A stretch of DNA of 64,000 bases from an uncultured Chloroflexia bacterium (GCA_963707215.1 CAVPPB010000003.1:288001-352000); one strand, 5' to 3'. Positions 40,812-50,766 are shown, counted from the stretch's first letter. Notes: generated from the letters alone by a model not told the origin. Made by a program: numbers and translations.

Positions 40812-41746
40812 GCAGCGCGACGGCACCCTCGGCCGCCCCGGGCCTCTCGCGGCCGTCGGCGGTCACCCGCTTCGCCCGCACGGTGGACCGCTACGGCCTC
40901 TGGATCTACACCTTCCTGGCCGTCGGCTACCTGCTCGTCCCGATCATCGTCATGATCGTGTTCTCCTTCAACAAGCCGGACGGGAAGTTCAACTTCGTCT
41001 GGAAGGAGTTCTCGATCGACGCCTGGCTCGCGCCGCTGTCCCGGCCCGGGTTGGCGGAGGCGCTCGGGACGAGCCTGGCCGTCGCCTTCCTGGCGACGCT
41101 CGCCGCGACGGCCATCGGCACGCTCATCGCGCTGGCTCTCGTCCGCTACCAGTTCCGCGGACGTACCGGGGCCAGCCTGTTCATCTTCATCCCGATGGCC
41201 ACCCCCGAGATCGTGATGGGCGCCAGCCTCCTGACCCTCTTCGTGGGGACGGCCTCTGGCGAGCCGTGGCGCACGCTCATCCCCCCGGGCGTCCTCTACC
41301 CGCTGGGATTCAACACGATCCTCATCGCCCACATCCTGTTCCTCATCAGCTTCGTCGTGGTGACCGTCCGGGCCCGCATCTCCGGCTTCGACCGTCGCCT
41401 CGAGGAGGCAGCGATGGATCTTGGGGCGAACGAGTGGACGACCTTCTGGCGGGTGACCTTCCCGCTGATCTTCCCGGGCATCCTGGCCGCCTCGCTGCTG
41501 GCCTTCTCACTCTCGATCGACGACTTCATCATCACCAACTTCACGTCGGGCCTGACGAACACCTTCCCGGTCTGGATCTGGGGGACGATCCGGAACAACC
41601 TCCCGGTCCAGGTGAACGTCATCGGCACGATCATCTTCGCGACGGCCGTGGGGATCGTCCTCTTCGGCACTCTCTGGAGCCGCCGGCACGACCTTCGCGA
41701 GCAGCGGAAGGTGCAGGCGCCGCGACAGGAGGGCGCCGAGGGCTGA
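40808..41746 (+). CDS. potC: Polyamine ABC transporter permease
   Basis: VFSFN, PEIVMG, EEAAMDLGA, FSLSIDDF; TTG start overlaps the potB stop. Confidence 0.9.
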   Translation: MSSATAPSAAPGLSRPSAVTRFARTVDRYGLWIYTFLAVGYLLVPIIVMIVFSFNKPDGKFNFVWKEFSIDAWLAPLSRPGLAEALGTSLAVAFLATLAATAIGTLIALALVRYQFRGRTGASLFIFIPMATPEIVMGASLLTLFVGTASGEPWRTLIPPGVLYPLGFNTILIAHILFLISFVVVTVRARISGFDRRLEEAAMDLGANEWTTFWRVTFPLIFPGILAASLLAFSLSIDDFIITNFTSGLTNTFPVWIWGTIRNNLPVQVNVIGTIIFATAVGIVLFGTLWSRRHDLREQRKVQAPRQEGAEG

Positions 41747-41872
41747 GCCCGGCGGTACGCTGCCACGGCACGCCCCGCGGGCGCCACGACCCGGCCGGTG
41801 GTCGGACCGGGCCGTCCCCCGGGCACCGAACGAGCCGAGCCTGATCTACGACCGACCACGAAAGGCGATCCG

Positions 41873-43183
41873 ATGATCCAGACCCAGTCGCCCGCCACCC
41901 TCCCCGATCGCTCGGTCGTCCCGGCGGTCTGGGGCCGGATCACGAACCTGACCGTGGACCACGGTGAGGGCAGCTGGCTCGTGACGCTCGACGGTGAGCG
42001 CTATCTGGACTACAGCTCCGGGATCGGGGTGACGAACACCGGCCACGCCCATCCGCGGGTCGTGGCTGCCGTCCAGGAGCAGGCGGCGAAGCTCCTCCAC
42101 GGCCAGCAGAACATCGTCTATCACGAGGCCGGCCTGCGGCTCTACGAGCGACTCCGCCACGTCCTGCCCGGCGGGCCCTGGCAGGCGTTCCTCTCGAACA
42201 GCGGGGCGGAGGCCGTCGAGGCGGCGGTCAAGCTGGCCCGGGTCGCGACGGGCCGACCCGTCGTCATCTCGTTCCGCTACGGCTTCCACGGCCGGACCGG
42301 CCAGGCCATGGCCCTCACCGCGGCCAAGGATGTGTACCGAGCGGCGTTCGAGCCGCTGCCGGGCTCGGTCCACCATGCCGCCTACCCGTACTGCTACCGG
42401 GCACCGGGTGGTTCGCACGACCCCGCGGCCTGCACCTGCGACTGGGAAGCGCAGCTGGACCTGCTCTTCCACCAGCTGATCTACCCGGACAAGGTCGCCG
42501 CGATCATCGTGGAGCCCGTCATCGGCGAGGGCGGCTACATCGTGCCGCCACCGGCCTTCCTGCCGCGGCTGCGGGAGATCACCCGCCAGCACGGCATCCT
42601 GCTCGTGGCCGACGAGGTCCAGAGCGGCTTCGGGCGGACCGGCGAGCTCTTCGCGGTCCGCCACTGGGACGTGGAGCCGGACATCATGGTCATGGCCAAG
42701 GGCATCGCCTCGGGCCTGCCGCTCTCGGGCATCGTGGCCCGCGAGGACGTGATGGCGACCTGGAAGCCCGGCGTCCACGGCGGGACGTACGGTGGCAACG
42801 TCGTCGCCTGCGCTGCCGCCAACGCGACGCTCGACGTCATCGAGGACGAGGGACTGGTCGAGAACGCCCGCGTTCGCGGGGCGCAGTTCCTCGCAGGGCT
42901 CCGCGAGCTCGCGGCCCGCCACCGCTCGATCGGCGACGTCCGAGGGCTCGGCCTCATGGTCGCGCTCGAGCTCGTCCGGCCCGACGAGGGGGACGGGCGG
43001 GTGCCGGATCCCGACCTCACCAGGCGGATCCAGGCCGAGGCGCTCGATCGGCGGCTCATCGTCCTGACGGCCGGCACCTACGCCAACGTGGTCCGGATCA
43101 TCCCGCCGCTGGTCACCACGGCCGAGGAGGTCGACCTGGCCCTCTCGGTGCTCGGCGAGGGCCTGGCCGCGGCCGGCGCCTGA
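41873..43183 (+). CDS. gabT: Class III aminotransferase, 4-aminobutyrate aminotransferase-like
   Basis: YLDYSSGIGV, NSGAEAVE, FHGRT, EPVIGEGG, ADEVQSGFGRTG, AKGIASG, HGGTYGGN; follows the pot operon. Confidence 0.82.
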   Translation: MIQTQSPATLPDRSVVPAVWGRITNLTVDHGEGSWLVTLDGERYLDYSSGIGVTNTGHAHPRVVAAVQEQAAKLLHGQQNIVYHEAGLRLYERLRHVLPGGPWQAFLSNSGAEAVEAAVKLARVATGRPVVISFRYGFHGRTGQAMALTAAKDVYRAAFEPLPGSVHHAAYPYCYRAPGGSHDPAACTCDWEAQLDLLFHQLIYPDKVAAIIVEPVIGEGGYIVPPPAFLPRLREITRQHGILLVADEVQSGFGRTGELFAVRHWDVEPDIMVMAKGIASGLPLSGIVAREDVMATWKPGVHGGTYGGNVVACAAANATLDVIEDEGLVENARVRGAQFLAGLRELAARHRSIGDVRGLGLMVALELVRPDEGDGRVPDPDLTRRIQAEALDRRLIVLTAGTYANVVRIIPPLVTTAEEVDLALSVLGEGLAAAGA

Positions 43184-43226
43184 GGTCTCGGACGGTCGAC
43201 CCGGGACCCGTATCGACCGGCGCGCG

Positions 43227-43841
43227 ATGTCCAGGGCGAGGAACCCCGAGCCGATCGGTCCCGGGCGGCTCAGCGTCCGCCCGGCGACAGCCGAGCGCTG
43301 GCCCGACCTCGTGACCCTCCTGGGCGGGGACACGGAGCGGGGCTGCTGGTGCCAAGCCTGGCGCGGGCGGATCCATTCGCCCGACCCGGACGCTCCGGAC
43401 GACAACCGGTCACGCCTCGCGGGGCAGGTCCGGGACGGCCCATTCGCCCCGGGGGTCATCGCCTACTTCGAAGGCGAGCCGGTCGGCTGGTGCGGCCTCG
43501 GGCCCAGGGCGTCCATGCCCCGCCTCGTCGGGTCCCGGACGATCCCCACCGTCGACGACGTCCCGGTCTGGTCGATCGGCTGCTTCGTGGTGCGCCCCGG
43601 CTATCGACGTCGCGGGGTCGCTCGGGCCCTGCTGCGCGGGGCCGTGGACTACGCCCGATCGCAGGGTGCGCCCGGCGTCGAGGCCTACCCGATCGATCCG
43701 GGCGGCGCCCGGGTCTCGACCGCCTTCGGGTTCGTCGGCTTCACCTCCATGTTCGAGGCCGCGGGCTTCCGCCGGATCATCGTCACGGACGCCCACAGCG
43801 CCGGCCTGGCGCGCTGGCTCATGCGCCTGGACCTCGACTGA
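43227..43841 (+). CDS. GNAT family N-acetyltransferase (CWC-containing subfamily)
   Basis: GCWCQAW, PVGWC, WSIGCFVV, RRRGVARALL, EAYP. Confidence 0.88.
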   Translation: MSRARNPEPIGPGRLSVRPATAERWPDLVTLLGGDTERGCWCQAWRGRIHSPDPDAPDDNRSRLAGQVRDGPFAPGVIAYFEGEPVGWCGLGPRASMPRLVGSRTIPTVDDVPVWSIGCFVVRPGYRRRGVARALLRGAVDYARSQGAPGVEAYPIDPGGARVSTAFGFVGFTSMFEAAGFRRIIVTDAHSAGLARWLMRLDLD

Positions 43842-43940
43842 CCCGTCCCGCACCCACTCGGGTCCGGGCTTCGTCCTCGCCCTGCGTCGCTGCGGGTATC
43901 CTGCGGTCCGACAGCGGACCTTATCCGACTCGAGGGACGC

Positions 43941-44360
43941 ATGGCCCCATCCAAGCCCGACGATCCGCTCCTGGCCACGCTGCTCGACCGACTCGAGCGG
44001 ACGCCGGTCGGGCGACTCCGGCTGCTGGCCGTCCGACCGCTCGACACCGCAGGCCACGATCGCGCCCGGGCCGGCGCCGAAGATGCGGCGCGGCGGGCCG
44101 GACGGGCCGAGCGTCACGCGGTCGCGCGGGCCTGGCTCGACGACCTCCTGCGACGCTCCTTCAGTCAGCGCGGCTTCGCCCCGGCGGCGGCGCTCGGCAT
44201 CCCCCACGAGCCGCTCGGACCGGTCGACCGCGTACGCGTCGAACGGACGATCGACGACGCGCTCCTCGCGGTCCTGGTCCGCGACCTCGTCGACGAGACG
44301 ACCTACGACGAATTGCTGGGTCCGTGCGCTGGCCTCCTCGAGGACGACGCGGCATCCTGA
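43941..44360 (+). CDS. Hypothetical protein
   Basis: GAGGG RBS, TATCCT -10 upstream, high GC3; no recognised motif. Confidence 0.65.
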   Translation: MAPSKPDDPLLATLLDRLERTPVGRLRLLAVRPLDTAGHDRARAGAEDAARRAGRAERHAVARAWLDDLLRRSFSQRGFAPAAALGIPHEPLGPVDRVRVERTIDDALLAVLVRDLVDETTYDELLGPCAGLLEDDAAS

Positions 44361-44409
44361 CCGGGCCCAAGAGGCCCGCCGATGACCGCGGCGTCGCCAG
44401 CGCCGCCCT

Positions 44410-45294
44410 TCAGCTCGACGCCCGGAGCCGGCGCAGGACCTCGCCGTGGAGGATCCCGTTGGTTGCCAGGAACGTCTCGGCGTGGACCGACCGAACGCCG
44501 TCGAAGTCGGTCACCCGCCCGCCGGCCTCCTCGATGACCAGGAGCGGCGCGGCGATGTCCCAGGGCTTCAGGCCGGCTTCGACCATGACCTCGGCCGCGC
44601 CCTCGGCGACGAGGGCGTAGCCCCAGAAGTCACCGAAGCCGCGCTCCCGCCAGGCTGCTCGGAGCAGCGCGTCGAAACCCGGCGCCCTGCCCGTGTCGGC
44701 GATGTCGCGCCCCGAGCCGTAGAGGACCTGGGCGTCGTCGAGGCGGTCGATCCTCGAGACGGCCGCCCGGCGGATGCCGGAGCCCCGGGCCAGGTCCTCG
44801 GCCCAGGCTCCCCCACCCCGTCGGGCGTACCAGCGCTCGCCGAAGGCCGGCGCCGACACGACACCCACCTGGAGCTCCCCGTCCACCTCGAGCGCGAGGA
44901 GGGTCCCGAAGAGCGGGATCCCGCGCATGAAGTTGTGGGTCCCGTCGATCGGGTCGACGTACCAGCGGACCCTCGCCTCGCTCGCTTCCTCGCCGTACTC
45001 CTCGCCCACGATCCCGTGGTCCGGGAAGGCCAGGCCGATCCGCTCGCGGATCAGCCGCTCGATGGCGGTGTCGGCCTCGGTGACGAAGGTCCGGTCGGGC
45101 TTGGCACTGACCGCGGGGTCGCGCCGGAAGTGCTCGAGGGCGATCGGATCAGCCGCGTCGCAGACTGCGAGGGCGAACGCGAGCCACCCCTCGAGGTCGG
45201 CCTCGCTCGCCCGAGCGAATCCCGCGCTCCAGGTCGGCCCGTGGTCGGCGGGCTCACGCTCGACCGCGTCCCCCGGGTCGGGCGCCCGGACCAT
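44410..45294 (-). CDS. Inositol monophosphatase family protein (HisN-like; could be an FBPase)
   Basis: KPDRTFVTEAD, GEEYG, WYVDPIDGTHNF, GDFWGY, WDIAA, EEAGG. Confidence 0.85.
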   Translation of the reverse strand: MVRAPDPGDAVEREPADHGPTWSAGFARASEADLEGWLAFALAVCDAADPIALEHFRRDPAVSAKPDRTFVTEADTAIERLIRERIGLAFPDHGIVGEEYGEEASEARVRWYVDPIDGTHNFMRGIPLFGTLLALEVDGELQVGVVSAPAFGERWYARRGGGAWAEDLARGSGIRRAAVSRIDRLDDAQVLYGSGRDIADTGRAPGFDALLRAAWRERGFGDFWGYALVAEGAAEVMVEAGLKPWDIAAPLLVIEEAGGRVTDFDGVRSVHAETFLATNGILHGEVLRRLRASS

Positions 45295-45297
45295 CGC

Positions 45298-46704
45298 CTA
45301 CCCCGCGGCCGCGGTCTCGAGCGCCATCGGCAGCGGCCGGTGGACTTCCACCGGCTCCACGTACCGCTCGACCATCGCCCGCGACCCGACGACGCCGAGC
45401 TGCTCGTACAGGAAGACGATCTTGTCGCCCTGGGAGGCCAGGATCTGGTCCTTGGTCGCCAGGTCCCAGAGCTGGCGCTTCAGCGGGCCGATGGCCTTCT
45501 TGCGGGTCGTGTAGACGAACTGGGCGTCCGTCTGGCCCTCCTTGCGCTCGTCGGCCGCGTTCTCGAAGCACCACGCCTCGACGGCCTGGTGGAGCTCGGC
45601 CGGGAAGGCTGGGTGCTCGTAGAGCGCGTTCTGGAAGCCGGTCGCGAGGTGGATCTCGGCAGTCTCGACCTCGCGGAAGCGGTGGAACAGCTCGTCGGGC
45701 AGGGTCGAGGCTCCGTGCTGGACCGTCCCGGCGCACCCGTACTCATCGCGGGCGACGGTACCCAACCGGGCATGGACGTCGAAGTCGACCGCGACGGTCG
45801 CCACCGAACCGTCGGGCAGGACCACGCCACCGTGGCTCGTGCCGGTCTGGACACTGACCTTCGAGACGCCGACGGCGCCGGGGGCGAGCCGGGCCAGCTC
45901 GCGGACGAAGCCATCGAGGTAGGCCCGCAGCTCCGCCTCGGTCGAGTTGTCCTTGCCGACCTCGCCGATCTCTCCGCCCACGCTGATCGTCACGCCGTCG
46001 GCCTCGAGGCCCCGGATGAGGGCCGTCAGCTCGGCCGAGCGGACGTAGTTGACGGCCTGCTCGGCGTCGGCGGTCGGCTGGGAGAGATCCACCAGCGTAG
46101 ACGCGTCGATGTCGATGTTCCGGTAGCCGGCCTCGATGGCCAGGCGGCAGGCCCGTCGGATCTCCTCGGTCATCGCCTCGGGATCGGCGGCGTACTTCTT
46201 GGCGTTGAACTGGTAGTGATCGCCCTGGATGAAGACCGGGCCGCGCCAGCCCGATGCGATGGCGCCAGCCAGGACGGCGGTGCTGTAGTCGATCGGTCGC
46301 TGCCAGGTGTAGGTCTGCTCGCTCCGGGCCAGCTCGAGGATGACGGCCCCGACGTCCCTGGCCAGCGCCGTCTCGTACACGGTCCGGGCCATGTCGAAGG
46401 TCTGGGCCCGGATGTTGATCGCGGGGACGGTGAAGCCGGAGACCTCGCCGCGACCGCGGGCAGCGTAGAGGCCCTGGATGCTGGCCGAGCGGGCGCCGAG
46501 TGCCTGGGACGCCTCCCAGACGATCCAGCGAGCCGCCTCGACCGCACCCTCGTCGTCGGAGAAGGCGGCCGTCCAGGCCAGGTCGCGGATGCCGTCAGCG
46601 CGGAAGCGGGCCTCGTCGACGACGACGAGCGAGCCATCGTCGATGCGGACGGTCCCGTCGAGGCGGCCGAGGAGATCGGAGGCGGAGCTGGCGACGTAGG
46701 GCAT
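45298..46704 (-). CDS. Class II fructose-bisphosphate aldolase-like protein with N-terminal extension
   Basis: FTVPAINIR, FIQGDH, IDIDAS, VGGEIGEVG, GTSHGG, VQHGASTLP, EIHLATG; AGGAG RBS before ATG 46704. Confidence 0.85.
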   Translation of the reverse strand: MPYVASSASDLLGRLDGTVRIDDGSLVVVDEARFRADGIRDLAWTAAFSDDEGAVEAARWIVWEASQALGARSASIQGLYAARGRGEVSGFTVPAINIRAQTFDMARTVYETALARDVGAVILELARSEQTYTWQRPIDYSTAVLAGAIASGWRGPVFIQGDHYQFNAKKYAADPEAMTEEIRRACRLAIEAGYRNIDIDASTLVDLSQPTADAEQAVNYVRSAELTALIRGLEADGVTISVGGEIGEVGKDNSTEAELRAYLDGFVRELARLAPGAVGVSKVSVQTGTSHGGVVLPDGSVATVAVDFDVHARLGTVARDEYGCAGTVQHGASTLPDELFHRFREVETAEIHLATGFQNALYEHPAFPAELHQAVEAWCFENAADERKEGQTDAQFVYTTRKKAIGPLKRQLWDLATKDQILASQGDKIVFLYEQLGVVGSRAMVERYVEPVEVHRPLPMALETAAAG

Positions 46705-46801
46705 GGGGTATGGACTCCTGATGGTGGGCGCCACCACATGGTACCGCCGAGCGGCCCGCCACTCGACCCGGCGTCCGGCGCCGTGAGCCGCCGCTGTGCC
46801 T

Positions 46802-47284
46802 CTAGCCGAGGGTCGGCTTGAAGACCATCAGGGCGAGCACGACCAGGAAGAGGACGGTGAGCAGGTATCCCAGCAGCTGAGCGCGCCTGACGCGCCGGAG
46901 CAGCTCGGCCGGCGGGCCATCCGGACCGGGCGGCCCTGCCTGTACCAATCGGACGATCTGACGCGTGTTGGGAAGTCCGACGACCAGCGCCAGGAAGCTC
47001 GTGATGGCGTAGACACCGATCGCGAGCTCGAGCCAGCGGGTCGCGGACGACCCGAACTCGTAGCCGCGGGCGATGATCATCAGGGCCCCGCTGATCCAGA
47101 GGCTCAGGGCGAACGGCAGGATCAGCCACGTGGACAGGCGCAGGTTCACCCGGGTGAGGAAGGGCCGGACCTGTGGCTCGCCGGCGGCCATCGAGGCCAT
47201 GATCGGGATCGCGAACGTCGGGCCGAAGGCCACGATGGCGGCCAGGACGTGGGCGAACAGGAACACCGGGAACAGGTCGGCCAT
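46802..47284 (-). CDS. DUF2269-like membrane protein
   Basis: HVLAAIVAFGP N-terminus, 4 TM helices, C-terminal LMVFKP. Confidence 0.8.
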   Translation of the reverse strand: MADLFPVFLFAHVLAAIVAFGPTFAIPIMASMAAGEPQVRPFLTRVNLRLSTWLILPFALSLWISGALMIIARGYEFGSSATRWLELAIGVYAITSFLALVVGLPNTRQIVRLVQAGPPGPDGPPAELLRRVRRAQLLGYLLTVLFLVVLALMVFKPTLG

Positions 47285-47371
47285 GGTCTCCCTCCGTGCG
47301 AGGACCCAACGATAGCGCCGTGGCGCGGGCCACGGGGGAAGGACGTGGGCGGGCTCAGCTCCGATCGGCGC

Positions 47372-48319
47372 TCAGCTTGGGGTCGAGGGCGGTCGATGAC
47401 CGGCGATCGCGGCCCGCACAGCAGAGTCGTCAGCTCCGACGCGGAGAAGCCGGGAGAGCACGTCGACCCGGGACGCGACATCGACCTCGAGCGCGCCCGG
47501 CCGACGACCGATGCGCATCGCGAGCTCCGGCATGACACCCCAGGCGAAGTGCTCCCAGCCGCCGCGCCGCTCGTCCCACGTGCCGAGGACGGCGGGCCCG
47601 AGCCGCTGGACGTGGCCGTGCGCGTCGCGGACCACCGGCCGCATCCAGTGGACGGCGACGACCCGACCCGGCTGCGTCGACGTCGTCTCCCCGACGTCAG
47701 CGGCTTCGGGGCCGGCGAGCGGCGCGAGGATGAGGACAAGGCCGAGCAGGCTCAGCTCGTCGTTGCCGAGCGAGACCGGTGGTCCGCCGAGCAGGCCCAG
47801 GGCTGTCTCGAGCGAGTCCGCCTCCATCGTGGCGGCCAGGCCCCGGCCGACCGCCACCGCCCGGAGCACGGCGCGGGTCTCCGGCGGTCCCAACGCCGAA
47901 GTCGACGACTCGGCGGTCGCGAGATCCGGTGTGACGAGCACCATGGGGGCGTCTTCCGTCGCGCCGGACGGCGCGATCGACCCGGCGTCGCCGGACAGTA
48001 TCCGCCGGACCGGCGTCGCCGCCGGGAGCAGGCCGAGGAGAAGATCGCGGAACCGCTCACGACCAGTGCCGGGTGGGCCGGCCACGACGAACGGCATCCG
48101 GGCCTCCACGAGGGCCCAGAGGAGCCCGGCCAGCGCCTCGTCGAGGGCACGCTCCCGGATCGCTGCCACGAGCGTGGAGTCGGCGGCGTCGGCGGAGGCC
48201 GGGGACGGCGGGCGGTCGGGCACGAGGGGCTCCCTGGCGACTGGACCGGCCGAGCCTAGGTCGCGGACGGTGGCCGCGTCAACGGGCACCGACTGCAACG
48301 GCGCCGGCCGCTCCGTCAT
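47372..48319 (-). CDS. Degenerate P-loop protein related to VirB11/CpaF secretion ATPases
   Basis: LLWALVE...FVVAGPPGTGRE (Walker A-like), GRGLAATMEADS (His-box-like). Confidence 0.6.
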   Translation of the reverse strand: MTERPAPLQSVPVDAATVRDLGSAGPVAREPLVPDRPPSPASADAADSTLVAAIRERALDEALAGLLWALVEARMPFVVAGPPGTGRERFRDLLLGLLPAATPVRRILSGDAGSIAPSGATEDAPMVLVTPDLATAESSTSALGPPETRAVLRAVAVGRGLAATMEADSLETALGLLGGPPVSLGNDELSLLGLVLILAPLAGPEAADVGETTSTQPGRVVAVHWMRPVVRDAHGHVQRLGPAVLGTWDERRGGWEHFAWGVMPELAMRIGRRPGALEVDVASRVDVLSRLLRVGADDSAVRAAIAGHRPPSTPS

Positions 48320-48408
48320 GTCCCGGTCACCCGGCCGACGCCGTCCCGTCACGCAGGAGAGCGAACCTGCAGCCAGCAAACGACGCCCCACTACCGGAGC
48401 CCCGATCC

Positions 48409-49128
48409 ATGAACCTCTTCGGCGACCTCGAGCGCTTCTTCGCGACGGTGATCTGGCCCAACCGCGTGCCCCTGCTGATCGCCACGGTCGCACTCGGGAC
48501 ACTGGTTCTCATCCTCGCCTGGCGAGCAGGCTGGATCGCTCGAGTCGCGGCGACGGCCCGGCGCCATCCAGGTCGATCGGCCCTCACCGCTGGCCTCGCG
48601 CTCGCGCTGGTCGTACCGCTCGGCTGGTATCTCGCCTCGCCGCTCGTCCTCCGGACCGTGCTGGTGGAGGATCTCCCGATCGCGGTTGCCGTACCTTCGT
48701 CGTCCCCGGCGCCGGGCGGCGTGCCAGCTCCCTCGCCGAGCCCGGGGTTCGTCGGTGCGCCGACGGTCGACCCATCCGCGCTGGCACCTTCGGGCCCCCT
48801 GGTGGTCGCCAGCGGGACGTTCCGCGACGCCGACGACTTCCACCGGGGGAGCGGCACGGCCAGCATCGTCGAGGTCGCCCCGGGCCGGTATGTCCTGCGG
48901 TTCGAGGGCTTCTCCGTGACGAACGGACCGGACCTGCACGTGTACGTCTCGCCGGATCCGGACGGCTACGCGGCGGGATCGCTCGACCTGGGCAAGCTCA
49001 AGGCGACCGACGGCTCGTTCAACCACGAGCTGCCCGACGGCTTCGAGCCGGCGAGCTGGGCCAGCGTCGTCATCTGGTGCGAGCCGTTCGCCGTCCAGTT
49101 CGCCCACGCGCCGCTCGTCGGCGCCTAG
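48409..49128 (+). CDS. Membrane-anchored DM13 domain protein
   Basis: Two N-terminal TM helices; SGTF...HRGSGTA, NGPDLHVY, LGKLK, VVIWCEPF. Confidence 0.88.
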   Translation: MNLFGDLERFFATVIWPNRVPLLIATVALGTLVLILAWRAGWIARVAATARRHPGRSALTAGLALALVVPLGWYLASPLVLRTVLVEDLPIAVAVPSSSPAPGGVPAPSPSPGFVGAPTVDPSALAPSGPLVVASGTFRDADDFHRGSGTASIVEVAPGRYVLRFEGFSVTNGPDLHVYVSPDPDGYAAGSLDLGKLKATDGSFNHELPDGFEPASWASVVIWCEPFAVQFAHAPLVGA

Positions 49129-49144
49129 GACGGACCGGGCGAGC

Positions 49145-49366
49145 CTAGCGGGAGGCGTCCGCCTCGGCCCCGCGGAGCTCGCCGGCGTCGATCCGGACGA
49201 CGGCGTCGCAGCCCACGAACTGGCAGCGGTAGAAGCGCTCGGTCGGTCCGCGGTCCGGATCGATCGTCTCGGCACTGCGCTCGGGCAGCATCGGCCACCA
49301 GTCGACCAGGCCGTGGCGATGGTGGAGGGTCGTCGGGAACCTGACCTTGGCGCTCGGATCGGACAT
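49145..49366 (-). CDS. Small hypothetical His/Cys protein
   Basis: HHRHG...W.PM...DPDR...YRCQFVGC; TAGGCT 6 nt before the ATG (leaderless). Confidence 0.6.
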   Translation of the reverse strand: MSDPSAKVRFPTTLHHRHGLVDWWPMLPERSAETIDPDRGPTERFYRCQFVGCDAVVRIDAGELRGAEADASR

Positions 49367-49502
49367 GGCCCGAGCCTACCCTACGACCCCGCCACCGTCC
49401 CGGGGCCGACCGGTCGGCGGGACGGTCCGTCGACCGTGGGACGCACCCCGGGTCGACAGACCCGCCGGCCGACGGCAGACTGGCCCCGACAGGGAGGTCC
49501 AC

Positions 49503-49982
49503 GTGAACGCCATCGACGTCCTCATGTACGGCCAGCGCACGCTCACCACCGCGATCGCCCGCCTCTCACCGGAGGACTGGACGACGCCGGGCGCGCTGGG
49601 CACCTGGACCGCCAAGGACATCGTGGGGCACCTCGGCGCCTTCGAGGTCCGCTTCGTGGAGATCCTCGCCGGCTTCGCCGGAGTCCCCCACGAGCCTCGG
49701 CTGGTGCTGGCCGATCCCGAGACGTTCAACGACGACCAGGCTGCGGTCCGGGCCGACTGGCCGGCCGAGACGGTGCTGGCCGAGCTCACGGATGCCCATG
49801 CCCGGGTCATGGACCTCGCCCGAGGTATCCCGGAGGAGCGCTGGCGCGAGGTCGGGACGATCCCCTGGTACGGCCCCGAGTACTCGCTCGACGACCTGGT
49901 CGTCTACTCGATGTACGGGCACAAGCGAGAGCACACGCCCCAGCTCGAGGCGGTCGTCGCCGGCAGGACCGATTCCGCCTAG
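49503..49982 (+). CDS. DinB/maleylpyruvate-isomerase-like family protein
   Basis: WTAKDIVGHL and GHKREH metal-binding His motifs; GGAGG RBS with GTG start. Confidence 0.85.
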   Translation: MNAIDVLMYGQRTLTTAIARLSPEDWTTPGALGTWTAKDIVGHLGAFEVRFVEILAGFAGVPHEPRLVLADPETFNDDQAAVRADWPAETVLAELTDAHARVMDLARGIPEERWREVGTIPWYGPEYSLDDLVVYSMYGHKREHTPQLEAVVAGRTDSA

Positions 49983-50205
49983 CGCTGGGGCGCGGCGGAC
50001 CCGCTTCGCCCGCCGGACGGGTCCGACGACCCATCGGCACTGCGCCAGCCGGCCCTTGTGCGCGCTTCGCCCGGTCCCGTGACATGGAGCCGCGCTGGTC
50101 GCTCGCGAAACGCTCGGAGCGGAGGCGCGTCACATCGGTGGGCTCCCGGACGCAGGGCGGCCGACGAGTGGACGGCCGTTCGTCCGGGCAGCCCGGGAGG
50201 TCCGG

Positions 50206-50766
50206 ATGCCCCGGCCAGGGAGGGATCGCTCGCAGCCGCCCGCAGTGCCACCCAGCCATGGTGCGCGGTCCGCGTTCACGGCCCTCCTCGCGATCCTGCT
50301 GCCCCTGGCGGTCCTGGCAGCGGGCTGCGTCCGCGAGGGCGGCACCCCGCCCGAGGACCGCGACACCCCAGGCAACGTGACCGTCGCCTACCACCGCCTC
50401 GGCGACCTGCGCATCGGTGAGTGCGCGGACATGGTCCTGGAGGCCGACGATCGGGAGTTGCTGGCGGTCATCCGTCAGCCCTGTCGTATCCCGCACGATG
50501 CCGAGGTGATCGGCCTGGCGATCCACCCGACGAGCCCGTTGGCCCGCTACCCGGGCGAGCGCGAGCTCCTGGCCTGGGCCGAGCACGAATGCCTGGCCGC
50601 CGTCGAATCCTACGTCGGCGTTCCCTACAAGGACGCGGACCTCATGGCCTACTACTACATCCCGACGGTGTCGTCGTGGGCTGACGGCGACCGTGCGTCG
50701 CAGTGCCTGGTGACCGCCCAGGGCGGCGGGCGCCTGGAGGGATCGGTCCGGGCCGGGGGCGGGTGA
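50206..50766 (+). CDS. Septum-formation-family domain lipoprotein
   Basis: LAAGC lipobox, DLRIGEC, PCRIPHDAEV, PTVSSWADGDR..QC. Confidence 0.78.
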   Translation: MPRPGRDRSQPPAVPPSHGARSAFTALLAILLPLAVLAAGCVREGGTPPEDRDTPGNVTVAYHRLGDLRIGECADMVLEADDRELLAVIRQPCRIPHDAEVIGLAIHPTSPLARYPGERELLAWAEHECLAAVESYVGVPYKDADLMAYYYIPTVSSWADGDRASQCLVTAQGGGRLEGSVRAGGG

